A DNA stretch of 64,000 bases from positions 141,050,001-141,114,000 of the forward strand of contig NC_043000.1 of NCBI RefSeq assembly GCF_006345805.1, given 5' to 3'. This stretch comes from Octopus sinensis. Lineage: Eukaryota. Made by a program: the position numbers and the translations under genes. Positions 1 through 12,465 of the stretch are shown one piece after another. The notes below the pieces were generated by a model that searched no databases, was not told where the DNA came from, and saw only the letters and a list, made by a program, of their open reading frames with translations. Positions within the stretch are counted from its first letter, which is position 1. The number at the start of each line of letters is the position of its first letter.

Positions 1-244
1 ACAAAACCTATCATCTATTGCTATGTAACCTTGCAAAGTGGTGGTCGTTAAATGATGATGGAGATGAGGATATACTTAGACTTCTGGCTTCTGTACATCT
101 GACAAATATGAAATCTACAATCCTAGTCAGCTTACTTCTGATGCCTCTTCATTTCTTCAGTGCAGATTGTTTACAATAACTATACTGTATGGAACTACTG
201 CCTCTCTTTTTTTTTTTTATCTGAATACTGATCAATACTACTTT

Positions 245-760
245 CCTGATTATAACAGACTTATGTCTTCTTTTCTGTTAGCTAAAACCTTTTTGCTAGA
301 TTCACTTTGAGACTTCTTGGCAACAGGTTTTGTTCCAAGATAGGAATTTACAAACTAAATCTTTGAACAATTTGACTATATGATACAGGAGTTTGTACAG
401 TCAACAGGTCTTGAAATCCTCTATAATGGTCTGGAGAATAATAATCAAAAGAGTTCTGAGTTCTGATGTAAACCAGCCTGCTTATTAAATTCCTTGCTAA
501 ATTCATTGTCAACTCTTGCTGATTACACTTATGTACATTATTAGTGTAGTTCTCACAAGCTGTTTGTGTAGCCCTGAATTTCTTTTCAGCTTCTAGACTA
601 CAGGGGATGGGAATCTGTCAAAGCCTTCCCTAAGTCAACAATGCTAAGTAGAGTGGCTTTCTATTAGCTAATATTTTGGGTGTAGTTGTCTTACTATGAA
701 GAAATTATTGTTGGTATGTTGTTTTGGTATAAACCCGAATTGCATTTCATTTGGGTTAAT
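245..760 (-). mobile_element. Old degenerate RTE-clade LINE reverse transcriptase fragment
   Basis: Minus-strand translation across frameshifts gives EMQFGFIP..FFIVRQL, VDLGKA(F)D, LIIILQTIIEDFKT and LKVNLAK, colinear with the younger RTE copy at 22313-24226. Confidence 0.7.
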
Positions 761-936
761 CTTCTCATAACCAGAATAAAGATATTAATCTATACTTATT
801 GAATGAGTTATTAACTTATTATAAAAACTAAAAGTGATTTATGCAGGCCTAACTTAATTATTTGGCTTGTGTATAGAAAATATAAGGCTTTATGAATAAC
901 ATTAATTCTCATCAAGCAATTTTTAAAAATGTGAAG

Positions 937-1168
937 TATATCTTCCATTTAAATGTGGTTAACCACTAAGGGTGGATGCTACTGTAGCTTGTAGCCCCAG
1001 GAGAACATCTTCTTCAGCTGGCTATTGACACACTTTCTGTGCCCTTTGCAAACACTGATAGGGCACAGAAAGTGCGTCAATAGCCAGCTGAAGAAGACTT
1101 TCTCCTGGGGCTACAAGCTACAGTAGCATCCACCCTTAGTGGTTAGCCACATTTCATTGGCAGATATA
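937..1168. repeat. Foldback palindrome / MITE-like element
   Basis: Arms of about 109 bp (937-1045 vs 1060-1168) are near-perfect reverse complements around a 14-nt loop. Confidence 0.8.
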
Positions 1169-1440
1169 TTTTATATTGTCGTGCAGCTACTGTTTATATC
1201 TCGTTCAGATTTTTATTATTTTAAAAAATGTATTGTAAAAATAGAACAAAGCCTAAGTTTCATGCAGAACACAATGCATGTATCTCTTAATAATACTTTC
1301 TACTAAAGGCACAAGGCCTGAAATTTTGGGGAAGATGGTAAGTCAATCACATCGATCCCAGTACTCAATTGGTACTTAATTTATCAAGCCTGAAATGATG
1401 AAAGACAAAATCAAACTCAGAATATAAAGAAGGTTGAAAT

Positions 1441-1858
1441 ACCTATTTCTTTATTACCCACAAGGGGCTAAACACAGAGGAGACAAACAAGGACAGACAA
1501 ACGGATTAAGTCGATTATATCTACCCCAGTGTGTAACTGGTACTTATTTAATCGACCCCGAAAGGATGAAAGGCAAAGTCGACCTTTGAAGAATTTGAAT
1601 TCAGAATGTAGCGGCAGACGAAATACCTATTCCTTTATTACCCACAAGGGGCTAAACACAGAGGGGACAAACAAGGACAGACATAGGTATTAAGTCGGTT
1701 ACATCGACCCCAGTGCGTAACTTTTACTTAATTTATCGACCCCGAAAGGATGAAAGGCAAAGCTGACCTCGGCAGTATTTGAACTCACAACGTAATGCAG
1801 ACGAAATACCGCTAAGCATTTTGCCCAGCGTGCTGATGATTCTGCCAGCTTCCCACTG
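1441..1858 (-). mobile_element. tRNA-headed SINE family A, head-to-tail dimer, abutting an older related SINE piece (about 1298-1440)
   Basis: Reverse complement of the family A unit occurs twice; the second unit starts inside the head at GTATTTCGTCTG. Confidence 0.85.
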
Positions 1859-2989
1859 CCTTGAATCTCTTAACACTGACTGGATGAATGTACTAACTAT
1901 TGTGTACTAACTTTTCCTACATTATACTTTTCATTACTAACTTTTCGTACTTTATATTTATAGAACATGACCCTTTTATGTAAATCAGATTCTCAGAAGA
2001 GTGATTACCTCATTGTAGATGGTTCATATGCATGTACATACACACAAACATATTACATACAGATAAAATACACACATGAGCATACATGCACACTCATACA
2101 CACACACACTCTGATGTGTATCCATCCACTTCTCCCACATAAATACACAATGTAAGTTGTCTACTGACATAAGAAGCATGCTGTAGTACATGCTTCTAGT
2201 ATGATGTTCTTCACATTCAATCTTATACTTAACGAAAACATTTTAACAACCAGATTCCAATAGCGAAAGAAAAAGAAAAAATGAGTGCATCTATGAGTGC
2301 GTGTATGTGTAAGTGTGTTTATGCATATATGTGTGTGTGAGCATGTGTGTGTGTGTGTGAGTATGAGTGTGTATCTATGTGTGTGTGTGTGTGTGAGTAT
2401 GAGTGTGTATCTATGTGTGTGTGTTTGTAAAATATTAAGTAGCTAAATGTTATTTATTTTTCCCTATAGATTCAGTAATTTTATTTTTGTAATCTTATTT
2501 TTAAAGTTTACTTAAAGAATAATCAAATCAGCTCTTAGAAAATAAATTGCAACAAAATCTTAATGCAAGTAAAATAAACCGATGCTATTGATTATAACAA
2601 CCTGGGACACTTCTTGTGAAATAACTCCTCTATTAATGGGTATGTATGTTTGTCTCTTTCTTTTTCAACTTTGAATTCATGTGGCAAAAGAAAAGGTGTC
2701 TTGTTTCTCATTAAGAAACAAAGCTCTGTCACAGTAATTTAGTTAACAAGCAAATAAATAAATACTGATAAAGTTACATCATGAATTTCAAAATGTGTTA
2801 TATATTTTCACCATTCCATTTATAGAATACAAAATGGTCAGTTTCTCCCTCTTGCCCCAATCCCAGCTTTCTGGACAATGACACAGATCAGGCAAGGGCA
2901 GCCTTTATTAAGGAACAGGCACCATCAGACATAACTTGTTAATAAGTGGGCTGCACTGACAAAAATTTCGAGGTAATTTTAAGTTTGAT

Positions 2990-3160
2990 GAGTTTTGGTG
3001 TTAGGAAGGGCATCCAGCCATAGAAACTATGCCGAATCAGACTGGAACTTGGTGCAGCTCTCCAGCTTGCCTGTTTTGGTCAAACCATCTAACCCATGCC
3101 AGCATGAAAAGCAGGGGCTAAATGATTGTGATGATGATGATGATGATGATGATGACAATG
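2990..3160 (+). mobile_element. Degenerate RTE 3' end
   Basis: TTAGGAAGGGCATCCAGC...AACCCATGCCAGCATG followed by a (GAT)n tail, as in the ORF-linked RTE copies. Confidence 0.65.
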
Positions 3161-3357
3161 AAGCCATTCAGAAAGTCTTGTAAGTCATATTTTATCCATG
3201 ACTGACACAGATATAGAGCAATATAGCCATCAGTGCTAATGATTATGTGTACAGATGCATGGAGGGCATGGGATTAAAAATAGACAGAGGAACAGATTTG
3301 AGTATTACTGAGTAGTTAGGAACTTCTATTTTACCATCATGATGTAGTGAGTTTTTA

Positions 3358-3745
3358 GTGGAGGCGCAATGGCCTAGTGGTTAGGGCAGCGGACTCGCGG
3401 TCGTAGGATCGCGGTTTCAATTCCCAGACTGGGCGTTGTGAGTGTTTATTGAGTGAAAACACCTAAAAGCTCCACGAGGCTGCGGCAGGGGATGGTGGTG
3501 ATCCCTGCTGTACTCTTTCACCACAACTTTCTCTCACTCTTACTTCCTGTTTCTGTTGTACCTGTATTTCAAGGGGCCGGCCTTGTCACTCTCTGTGTCA
3601 CGCTGAATATCCCTGAGAACTACGTTAAGGGTACACGTGTCTGTGGAATGCTCAGCCACTTACACGTTAATTTCACAAGCAGGCTGTTCCGTTGATTCGG
3701 ATCAACCGGAACCCTCATCGTCGTAACCGACGGAGTGCTTCCATA
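3358..3745 (+). mobile_element. Full-length tRNA-headed SINE family C
   Basis: A-box-like TGGCCTAGTGG and B-box-like GGTTTCAATTCC; 13-bp TSD TAGTGAGTTTTTA at 3345-3357 and 3746-3758. Confidence 0.85.
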
Positions 3746-4069
3746 TAGTGAGTTTTTATGCTACTGAATGGCATATAGGGCAAGTGTCTACTGTAATAGT
3801 CTTGATGTGATTCAAATTTTGAAACTGTAGACTATAGCTGCATTTCAAAGGGTAAATTATCTCTCACACTAAATCATTTTCATTCTACTTGGATAGATTT
3901 AATGGTACATGTTTATATGGAATACTCAGCCACTAAGACACTAATTGAATGAGTATATCAATTACTCAATTACTGAGTAATTACAGTACACATCACTGTA
4001 ATTGAGGGAAAATGTCTTTACCCAATTACTTAGTGGATTCCCTTTTCATACACACACACATTGGTGCTG

Positions 4070-4245
4070 GTCCCAAGTACAAAGCATCCAGTACGCTCTG
4101 TAAAGTGGTTGGTGTCAAGAAGGACATTCAACCACATATATTATACCGAAGCAGACGATAGAGCATGGCACAATCCTCTGGTTTGCCTGTTCCTCTCAAA
4201 TCTTCCAACACATACCAGCATGGAAAACAGATGTTAAACGAAGAT
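4070..4245 (+). mobile_element. Highly degenerate RTE 3' end
   Basis: GGTTGGTGTCAAGAAGGACATTCAACC...CCAGCATGGAAAACAGATGTTAAACGAAGATG matches the RTE tail loosely. Confidence 0.5.
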
Positions 4246-4699
4246 GGTAATGAAGTGTGTATGTGGTCTCAAGGAATTCATGTATAGTTGAAACTTATAG
4301 AATAACAAAAGACGAAGACAGGTGTATGAACAACATGCAGGTGTATTAATTTGACCCTCAGGAAAGTGAAAAAGTCTTTTTACGTTTTGAGTATATAAAC
4401 TGCATAAACTGATAAATAATCCCACTATTGGATAATCTCAAAAACTACTATTACATATTTTCACAGAGTGTAAGGTGAAACATTAATGAAGAAGGAATTA
4501 TTGGTTGTAAAGTTTAGATAAACTGCAATGGTTTGTGTCTAGAAATGATCAGACAAAAATCAAAAACAGAATTATTAAAAAACAAGGACACAATAAATAA
4601 TGTTTCAAAAATTGAAGGAACTTTTTATCAGTGTTCACCTTAAGACAAAGGTGGTCATAATCACAAAAAATTAAAGAGTCAACTGTGTATGTTAGTGTA

Positions 4700-4731
<32 letters not shown>

Positions 4732-4825
4732 CGTAAAATATATAGGGTAGAGAATACTTATAGAAATTTCACTACCAGTGGCCTAGCATGTATAAAAAGC
4801 CAATAGACAACATATTCTCAATATA

Positions 4826-5051
4826 AAATAGTGTACATTTAAACACGAGAGAAGTGACCTTTGACAGGCAGCTGTACACGCTAAAAGAAGCAGTCAAAAT
4901 GACCAAAACCACATTTAAGAGCAATTTTGAAGGGAAGTTGTTATTTTTCATTCCCTTCAAAATTGCTCTTAAATATGGTTTTGGCCATTTTGACTGCTTC
5001 TTCTAGCATGTAAAGCTGCCTGTTAAACGTCGCTTCTCTTGTACACTATTT
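4826..5051. repeat. Foldback palindrome between (TA)n tracts
   Basis: Arms of about 100-110 bp are reverse complements (one 12-nt indel) around a loop of about 15 nt. Confidence 0.8.
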
Positions 5052-5096
<45 letters not shown>

Positions 5097-5406
5097 TTCA
5101 TTTTTTTTTTATAAGCATAAGAGTTCTTACCGAGGCATAAAGACTCATAAATCCCGTGTCCTAATTTCTGTGGTATATACATTCCCTACTGGATAAGATG
5201 ATGATTTTTGCCAATTGAGGGGAATGGAGTAATCTGAAATGATGTTTCACTCAAGAACACAATGCATCACTCAGTCCAGGATTGAAACCATAATCTCACA
5301 GTCATGAGTCCAACATCCTAACTACTAAGCCATATGCTTCTGCAATATATACATACACATATATATATATACACACACACACACATATATATACACACAC
5401 ACACAC

Positions 5407-5440
<34 letters not shown>

Positions 5441-5445
5441 GTATG

Positions 5446-5478
<33 letters not shown>

Positions 5479-5552
5479 ATATATATATATACATACATAT
5501 AGATATGTAAGTGGGCGTTAAACGATGATGATATATATATATATATATATAT

Positions 5553-6332
5553 AGCGAAATCGAATTGAACCAGCCAGGATCCCTGGTCTGGTGGTACGTA
5601 AAAAGCACTATCCGACTCGTGGCCGATGCCTCCACTGGCTTCCGTGCCGGTGGCACGTAAAATACACCAATCTGACCGTACGACAGGCACCCATGCCAAC
5701 CCCCTTGCTTGTGAAGACATGTTGGGGCAAGCGAAAACGAAATCGAAATCGAATTGAACCAGCCAGGATCCCTGGTCTGGTGGTATGTAAAAAGCACTAT
5801 CCGACTCGTGGCCGATGCCAGCGCCGCCTCCACTGGCTTCCGTGCCGGTGGCACGTAAAATACACCAATCTGACCGTATGACAGGCACCCATGCCAACCC
5901 CCTTGCTTGCGAAGACATGTTGGGGCAAGCGAAATCGAAATCGAATTGAACCAGCCAGGATCCCTGGTCTGGTGGTACGTAGAAAGCACTATCCGACTCG
6001 TAAAAGCACTATCCGACTCGTAAAAGCACTATCCGACTCGTGGCCGATGCCAGCACCCCCTCGTTTGGCTTCCGTGCAGGTGGCACATAAAATACACCAA
6101 TCCGACCGTGGCCGTTGCCAGCCTTGCCTGGCACCTGTGCAGGTGGCACGTAAAAAGCACCCACTACACTCACGGAGTGGTTGGCGTTAGGAAAGGCATC
6201 CAGCTGTAGAAACACTGCCAGATAAGACTGGAGCCTGGTGCAGCCTTCTGGCTTTCCAGATCCCCGGTCGAACCGTCCAACCCATGCTAGCATGGAGAAC
6301 GGACGTTAAACGATGATGATGATGATGATGAT
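5553..6332 (+). mobile_element. RTE 3' UTR element with tandemly duplicated modules
   Basis: Three 180-200-bp units starting GAAATCGAATTGAACC, a 20-bp triplication at 5981-6040, then the conserved RTE 3' end and (GAT)n tail. Confidence 0.85.
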
Positions 6333-6467
6333 ATATATGTCATCGGTGTCATTTAATGGGTTGGACGGTTTAATTGAGGACTGGCGAGCCAGAAGACTGG
6401 ACCAGTCTCTCTCTCCCTCCCTCTCTCTCTCACTCTCTGTAAATATATATGTATATATATATATGTA

Positions 6468-6499
<32 letters not shown>

Positions 6500-6779
6500 G
6501 AGAGAGAGAGATACACACACATATATTTACACACAATAATGATAAAGATTATTATGAAGTGGCATAGCATTACCTTTAATTCTTCTTATATATACAGCTT
6601 CACATAGACCAACACATGTCTCAACTGCACTGATTGATAATTGTTACAATTGCAGCCCTACTATATTACCACTATACGAGAGAGAGAGAGGTACATACAT
6701 GTATGTGTGTTTCTGATATGTGCATGTATATATATGAAATGAAGACTGAAATTAAGCACCTATCATCAGTTTTGATGAT

Positions 6780-7290
6780 GTGCATTCCAGTTGTTCGATC
6801 AACTGATCAGCAGACTCATTGTATGAATATGTAAATGATGGACTATTCCATAGACACAACTACCCTTGACATAATCCTCAAGTAGAATGAGAATGACCTA
6901 GATGCTATAAATAGATGCAGTGAAGAAAACAACAAACAATTTAGTGCAGGAAAATTCCAAGTCCTTCATTATCAGCAAGCTTGCACTAACATGCTGCAAC
7001 AAAGATACTTTGAACCAAAAGGAGCACCAATCTCTGAGACAAGTATAGTGTACTGCTTACTTTTTAATTGGCACCAGCACTAGTGAATTCTCGGCTATTG
7101 CTGAAACATCTGAGAGATCTGCACTGTGTAGGGGTAGATGTTTTAAAGAAAACATCTTGACCTCTTGCTGTCCAAGGTCCCAAATGAATCTACATCACAG
7201 CAAAATATTCAAAAGAGGGTAGCAATATTGAACTCCCTCTTTCACCAAAAACTAATCACCAAAGAACAGCTATTGAAAATATAATATTTT
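6780..7290 (+). mobile_element. CR1-like LINE fragment (RT region plus C-terminus, internally deleted)
   Basis: Translates to DLDAINRCSEENNKQFSAGKFQVLHY and KHLDLLLSKVPNE...NSLFHQ, resembling CR1-clade ORF2 motifs as recalled. Confidence 0.6.
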
Positions 7291-7364
7291 CAGTAACCCA
7301 GCATGGCCACAACCTTACAGCTGAAATGCTTACAAGAATATAAGAATAAATACATATATATATA

Positions 7365-7638
7365 TCATCATCTTCATCATCATCATTTAACGTCCGTTTT
7401 CCGCGCTAGCACGGGTTGGACGGTTCGACCGGGGTCTGGGAAGCCAGGGGCTGCACCAGGCTCCAGTCTGATCTGGCAGTGTTTCTACAGCTGGATGCCC
7501 TTCCTAACGCCAACCACTCCGTGAGTGTAGTGGGTGCTTTTTATGTGCCACCTGCACAGGTGCCAGGGGTGTCTGGCATCGGCCACGATCGGTTGGTGCT
7601 TTTAACGTGCCACCGGCACGGAAGCCAGCCAAGGCAAC
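7365..7638 (-). mobile_element. RTE 3' end
   Basis: (CAT)n + TTAACGTCCG...GCTGGATGCCCTTCCTAACGCCAACCACTCC, reverse complement of the RTE tail. Confidence 0.85.
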
Positions 7639-8339
7639 GATATATATATATATATATATACGTAGATATATCCATATACATACACACACACACACACACA
7701 TATATATACATATATGTATGTATATATATATATATAAATATATATCCTTTTCCTGTGATTTGTCTCTTGTCTTTTAATTCAACCATTATATTTACCCCCG
7801 TCATCCACACTCATATCATCATGGTCATTTATTCACTAGCAGCAGCTAAAGGCAAGTTCGTTGTAGCCACTTCCATCCACCTCCATCAAAGTCATATATC
7901 TTCACATCACAGATTGGAAGCCTGTTCTGATTATATTGATTACATTAAAGCATCACTTTCATAAATAAACTGCCGTGCATTCAGCACTTGTTCTCAAAGC
8001 CAAAGACATGAAGTCTGTACCAATACATTGACTTCAATAAGATTAATTACATAGACATGGTCTTCAACTAGTTCCCTCCACGCATAAGCATGCACACATA
8101 CATACCCACCGCCCTCTCTCTTTCTCGTACGTACACACAAACATATAAAAGAGACATACTACCTTGAGTTAAAAACACACAGATGCTCAGATACAGACAC
8201 ATATATACACCTGCTCACAAAAGTACACACTAACAAGTATGCACATGCACACACACACACACACACACAAACACATACAGCCAAACACACACTCAAACCT
8301 ATTTAAACTATCAGAGAGAACAGTGATATTAAATTTATT

Positions 8340-8504
8340 ATCCAACAAAACTTAGTGTATAGAGACACACATATTTTATATACACACATATTCATATATA
8401 AATGTATGTGTGCACGTATATAAATATACACATATATATATATATATATATACATAGAGAGAGAAAGAGAATGAGTGGGAGAGAGACAGACAAACAGACA
8501 AATT

Positions 8505-8552
<48 letters not shown>

Positions 8553-8810
8553 CATACTTATATAGATATGCATATATGTTTGAATATACATATAAACAGA
8601 AAAAATATGCATAAATATATATGAATATATGCATGTGTGTATACATATATACATACATATATGCATATGCATACATATATGCATATGCATATGCATATAT
8701 ATATATGCATATAAATGTGTGCATATATATGTATACATATATATATATAAGCATAAATATATACATTTACGTAAAACTGTATGACTACAAAAATTTGTTC
8801 ACATACGTAT
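8340..8810. repeat. Compound (TA)n/(CA)n/(TATG)n/(GA)n microsatellite
   Basis: Directly visible; source of several Y/I/C/M-rich pseudo-ORFs. Confidence 0.9.
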
Positions 8811-9256
8811 ATATATAATAAAAATGTCTGTGAATTGGATATGTGTATATATATATAGGTGGTTATTTAATGTGTTGTGTTGTATGATTATATGATTAAA
8901 TATGAATATGTACAAACACACCTTGCACGCACACACACAATATACATGTGTGTTAGTGCAAATTAATGTATAAGTGTGTATGCACATTTATGCATGCATA
9001 CACAGAAACACATATAGACTGACCTTCCCCATCACCACTGCCACTTCCATAAAAGAACAAATCACCGTGGCAGTCATATTATTCAGTTTTCAAAACTTAA
9101 AACCATTTATAATTATAACGAATGGGAAATGTGTGCATCTTTCAAGAATTTCTTCCCCTCTCGGGTCAGCTCCTGAATTATGGTTTTTCTGCTCAACCAG
9201 GTGCACTGTTAACCTTCTTACATATGTTATTGATGCAGAAATAATAAACCATTCTT

Positions 9257-9295
<39 letters not shown>

Positions 9296-11147
9296 TTATC
9301 CCTTTCATTCTTTCTCTTCCATCTTCCTTCTTCCTCGTTGCTTGTTTAAGAATTTGTCTTCATCCCAGGTTAATTCATAATGCTGATCATGGCGTACAGC
9401 TGCTCGGGTGAATATCTGAATAGCACTGCACAGAAAAAAAGAAAAAAAAAAAAAGGAAAAAATGGTGAGAAGAAATGGTAATAACAATGAAATGAATTCC
9501 CACTACAATAGGGGTGAGAGGAAGTCTACAACCACTGTGTGTTATATAGCTTTTCCTCTGATGAGTAGGTGCTGTTGAGACTTGCTTAGATATATACTTA
9601 CTCCAGCTATTGAAATGATTCCTTGCAATTTTCTTCTCCAGCAGTTTATAGCCAACAAGAACTTCATAATAAAGTGTTCAGTTAATATCAATATTGTAGA
9701 GGAGGGGGAAGAGAAGAAGGAGGAGGAGAGAAAAAAAGATGATGAAGAAGACAAATAAAAAGATGAAGAAGATGATGGAGATTATGAAAAAGATTATGAA
9801 GTTAATGATGATGAAAAATACAAAGCAAAAAATAAAATGAGGACATAGAAAAAGAAGTTGAAGGAGAAGAGAAAAGTGAGAAAGAAAGAAAGAAAGAAAG
9901 AAAGAGAGGGAGGGAGAGTATAAGGTGTTCCTATTTAAGAGACAGAATGAATTCCATAAACTCAGAACCATTATATTTGACAGAAATTAGTTCCTAGTTG
10001 TATCATTATATATTGGTGAATATGTGTGTTTCTAATTATTATTTAACCAAGAGTGTCAGACTGATGACTGAAACCTTTGTCAATGTTTATTTCCAGCTTC
10101 TGCAATTTGTTGTTATCTTTGTTGTTGCTGCCAGTTATCAGTGATTTAGCAGTAATTGAGCAGATGGTTAATCAAATATGCTCCAGTTTTGAGCCCTCCA
10201 ATTTTTTTATCTCTTAGTCAGGAAGGAAATGCAAAGCTCATAGTCCTGTACTGAACTTCTCTATCAAGTGGGAAAGAAGAATGAAAATATTAACAAGCCA
10301 GAGACTTGACCGAAATTCTTGCAACAGAATGGACTCTGATAAAAAAAAATTTCTAAATGCCATCATGGGCATGAGAAAACACTAACATCATCATTATACT
10401 AGAATGAATTTGAGTATGTGTATGTGACTGCATGTACGTGTACACACACACACAAACAGAAATACAAACTGACATACTTACACACAAAGAGGAAAATTCT
10501 ACACCGTTGCATACACAAACATACACACAGTAATACACAGTGTATTATCTCCCCTCGCATCAATCTCCACCAAATCACTGCTATACTCTTTCTTTCTACA
10601 GACCATGTGGCTGAGCAAAATGTATTTTCATCTACCTAATAAAGTTCATCACTGGGACAATTTCTTCTTAGAATTCCATTTCACAAATCTTATTAACCAA
10701 TCATTTAACCATTCCTACATCTCTCTTCAACACTGGATTACCCTTTCTATACTTTATTTCCATCATTTTCACGTTCTGACAATACTCAGGAACTGTTAAC
10801 CCTTTCACCTCTGCCATCAGATTTCTTTCAACCAGTGTAAAACAACTTTTTATTCTACAGTTTTTATATAATCCTTTTTTAAAGTAGTCCTTTTTCCCCC
10901 CTTCTATTATAATCCTTTCTCTATTTTGTAATAATGTTTTCTATTTTTTTTATCTGCCGTAAAATTCTCTCCACTTGTTTTTAATAGTTTTTTTAACAAT
11001 CCTTTTTAAACCTCTTTCCTTTTGATGTAATCCTTCCTCTTTTACATATTTATTCACGCTCAGCTGCCTTTTATTCAGATTTTATACCTAACTTTTCCCA
11101 GTAATTTTCAATTTTGTAAATTGTCTGCTGATTTAGAAGCTGTCTTT

Positions 11148-11355
11148 ATCATCATCATCATCATCGTTTAACGTCCGTTCTCCATGCTAGCATGGGTTGG
11201 ACGGGATTATAATATTATATATTTTTTCACCTACTACACCATATTCTTTATTGTTTCCCCAAAATCTTTTTCACATCTTCTCAACAATGTCACATTTACA
11301 TTACAGCTGGATGCCCTTCCTAATGCCAACCACTCAGAGAGTGTAGTGGGTGTAG
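11148..11355 (-). mobile_element. RTE 3' end with an internal segment replaced by unrelated AT-rich DNA
   Basis: RTE tail at 11148-11204, about 97 bp of unrelated DNA, RTE resumes at TACAGCTGGATGCCC (11302). Confidence 0.75.
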
Positions 11356-11385
11356 GGGGTGGGGTGTTATATGATTCTGTGAAAT

Positions 11386-11802
11386 AAGGCGGCGAACTGG
11401 CAGAAACGTTAGCACGCCGGGCGAAATGTGTAGCCGTATTTCGTCTGCTGTTACGTTGTGAGTTCAAATACCGCCAAGGTTGACTTTGCCTTTCATCCTT
11501 TTGGGATCAATAAATTAAGTACCAGTTATGGACTGGGGTCGATGTAATCGACTTAATCCGTTTGTCTGTAATTGTTTGTCCTCTCTGTGTTTAGCCCCTT
11601 GTGGGTAGTAAAGAAATAGGTATTTCGTCTGTCGTTACGTTTTGAGTTCAAATTCTGCCGAGGTCGACTTTGCCTTTCATCCTTTCGGGGTCGATAAATA
11701 AAGTACCAGTTTCACACTGGGGTCGATGTAATCGACTTAATCCCTTTGTCTGTCCTTGCTTGTCCTCTCTATGTTTAGCCCCTTGTGGGTAGTAAAGAAA
11801 TA
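11386..11802 (+). mobile_element. SINE family A dimer
   Basis: Head GGCGGCGAACTGGCAGAAACGTTAG, B-box GAGTTCAAAT, two body units joined at AAGAAATAGG/TATTTCGTCT; 15-bp TSD TATATGATTCTGTGA (11368-11382, 11803-11817). Confidence 0.9.
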
Positions 11803-12004
11803 TATATGATTCTGTGAGTATATAAATTTCATATAAATATGATGGCAATGTGGATGATGATTGTGGTAGTTTTATTGGTGGAGACAATTGCAATATATGT
11901 TATTATTTAGTTTTATTTTAAGATTTTATGCCAATAGAGAAATAGCCGGTCTCTAACCTAGATCCTAGGCATCTTCATTGGAATTTCAACATAAACAGGA
12001 TATT

Positions 12005-12465
12005 TTTGTATGTATGTATGCATGCATGCATGTATGTATGTATGAATGAATGTACGCATGTATGCATGCATGTATGTATGTATGTATGAATGAATGTACG
12101 CATGTATGCATGCATGTATGTATGTATGTATAAGTGCAGATTTGTATATTTTGCTTTATGTATGTATACTCATGCATAGAGCTGCATGTCTAGATATGCT
12201 CATATATACTTAAATGATAAACTTCTAGAAAGTTTTACAGATTTTTACAGTTCCACTCATGACTTGGACCTGTAGTTATTGAATCAGTGTATACATGTAC
12301 GTATGTATATATGCATGTATGTATGTATGTATATTTGTATGTATGTATGTATGTATGTATGTATGCATGCATGTATGTATGCATGCATGTATATATATGC
12401 AAGCATGCATGTATGTATACATGCATACAAACATGTATGTGTATATGTCTATATGTGTGTATGTA
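12005..12465. repeat. (TATG)n/(CATG)n microsatellite arrays
   Basis: Directly visible, including a duplicated block of about 40 bp near 12035-12125. Confidence 0.9.

Noticed and set aside
330-595. About 88 open codons on the minus strand
   Set aside because: It is an alternative frame of a decayed RTE RT fragment.
3358-3435. tRNA gene
   Set aside because: A/B boxes continue into a SINE body with a TSD; no complete cloverleaf found. The same applies to all other heads.
10070-10105. CTGATGA-CT-GAAAC-CTTT-GTC hammerhead-like string
   Set aside because: No stem II and no stem I pairing.
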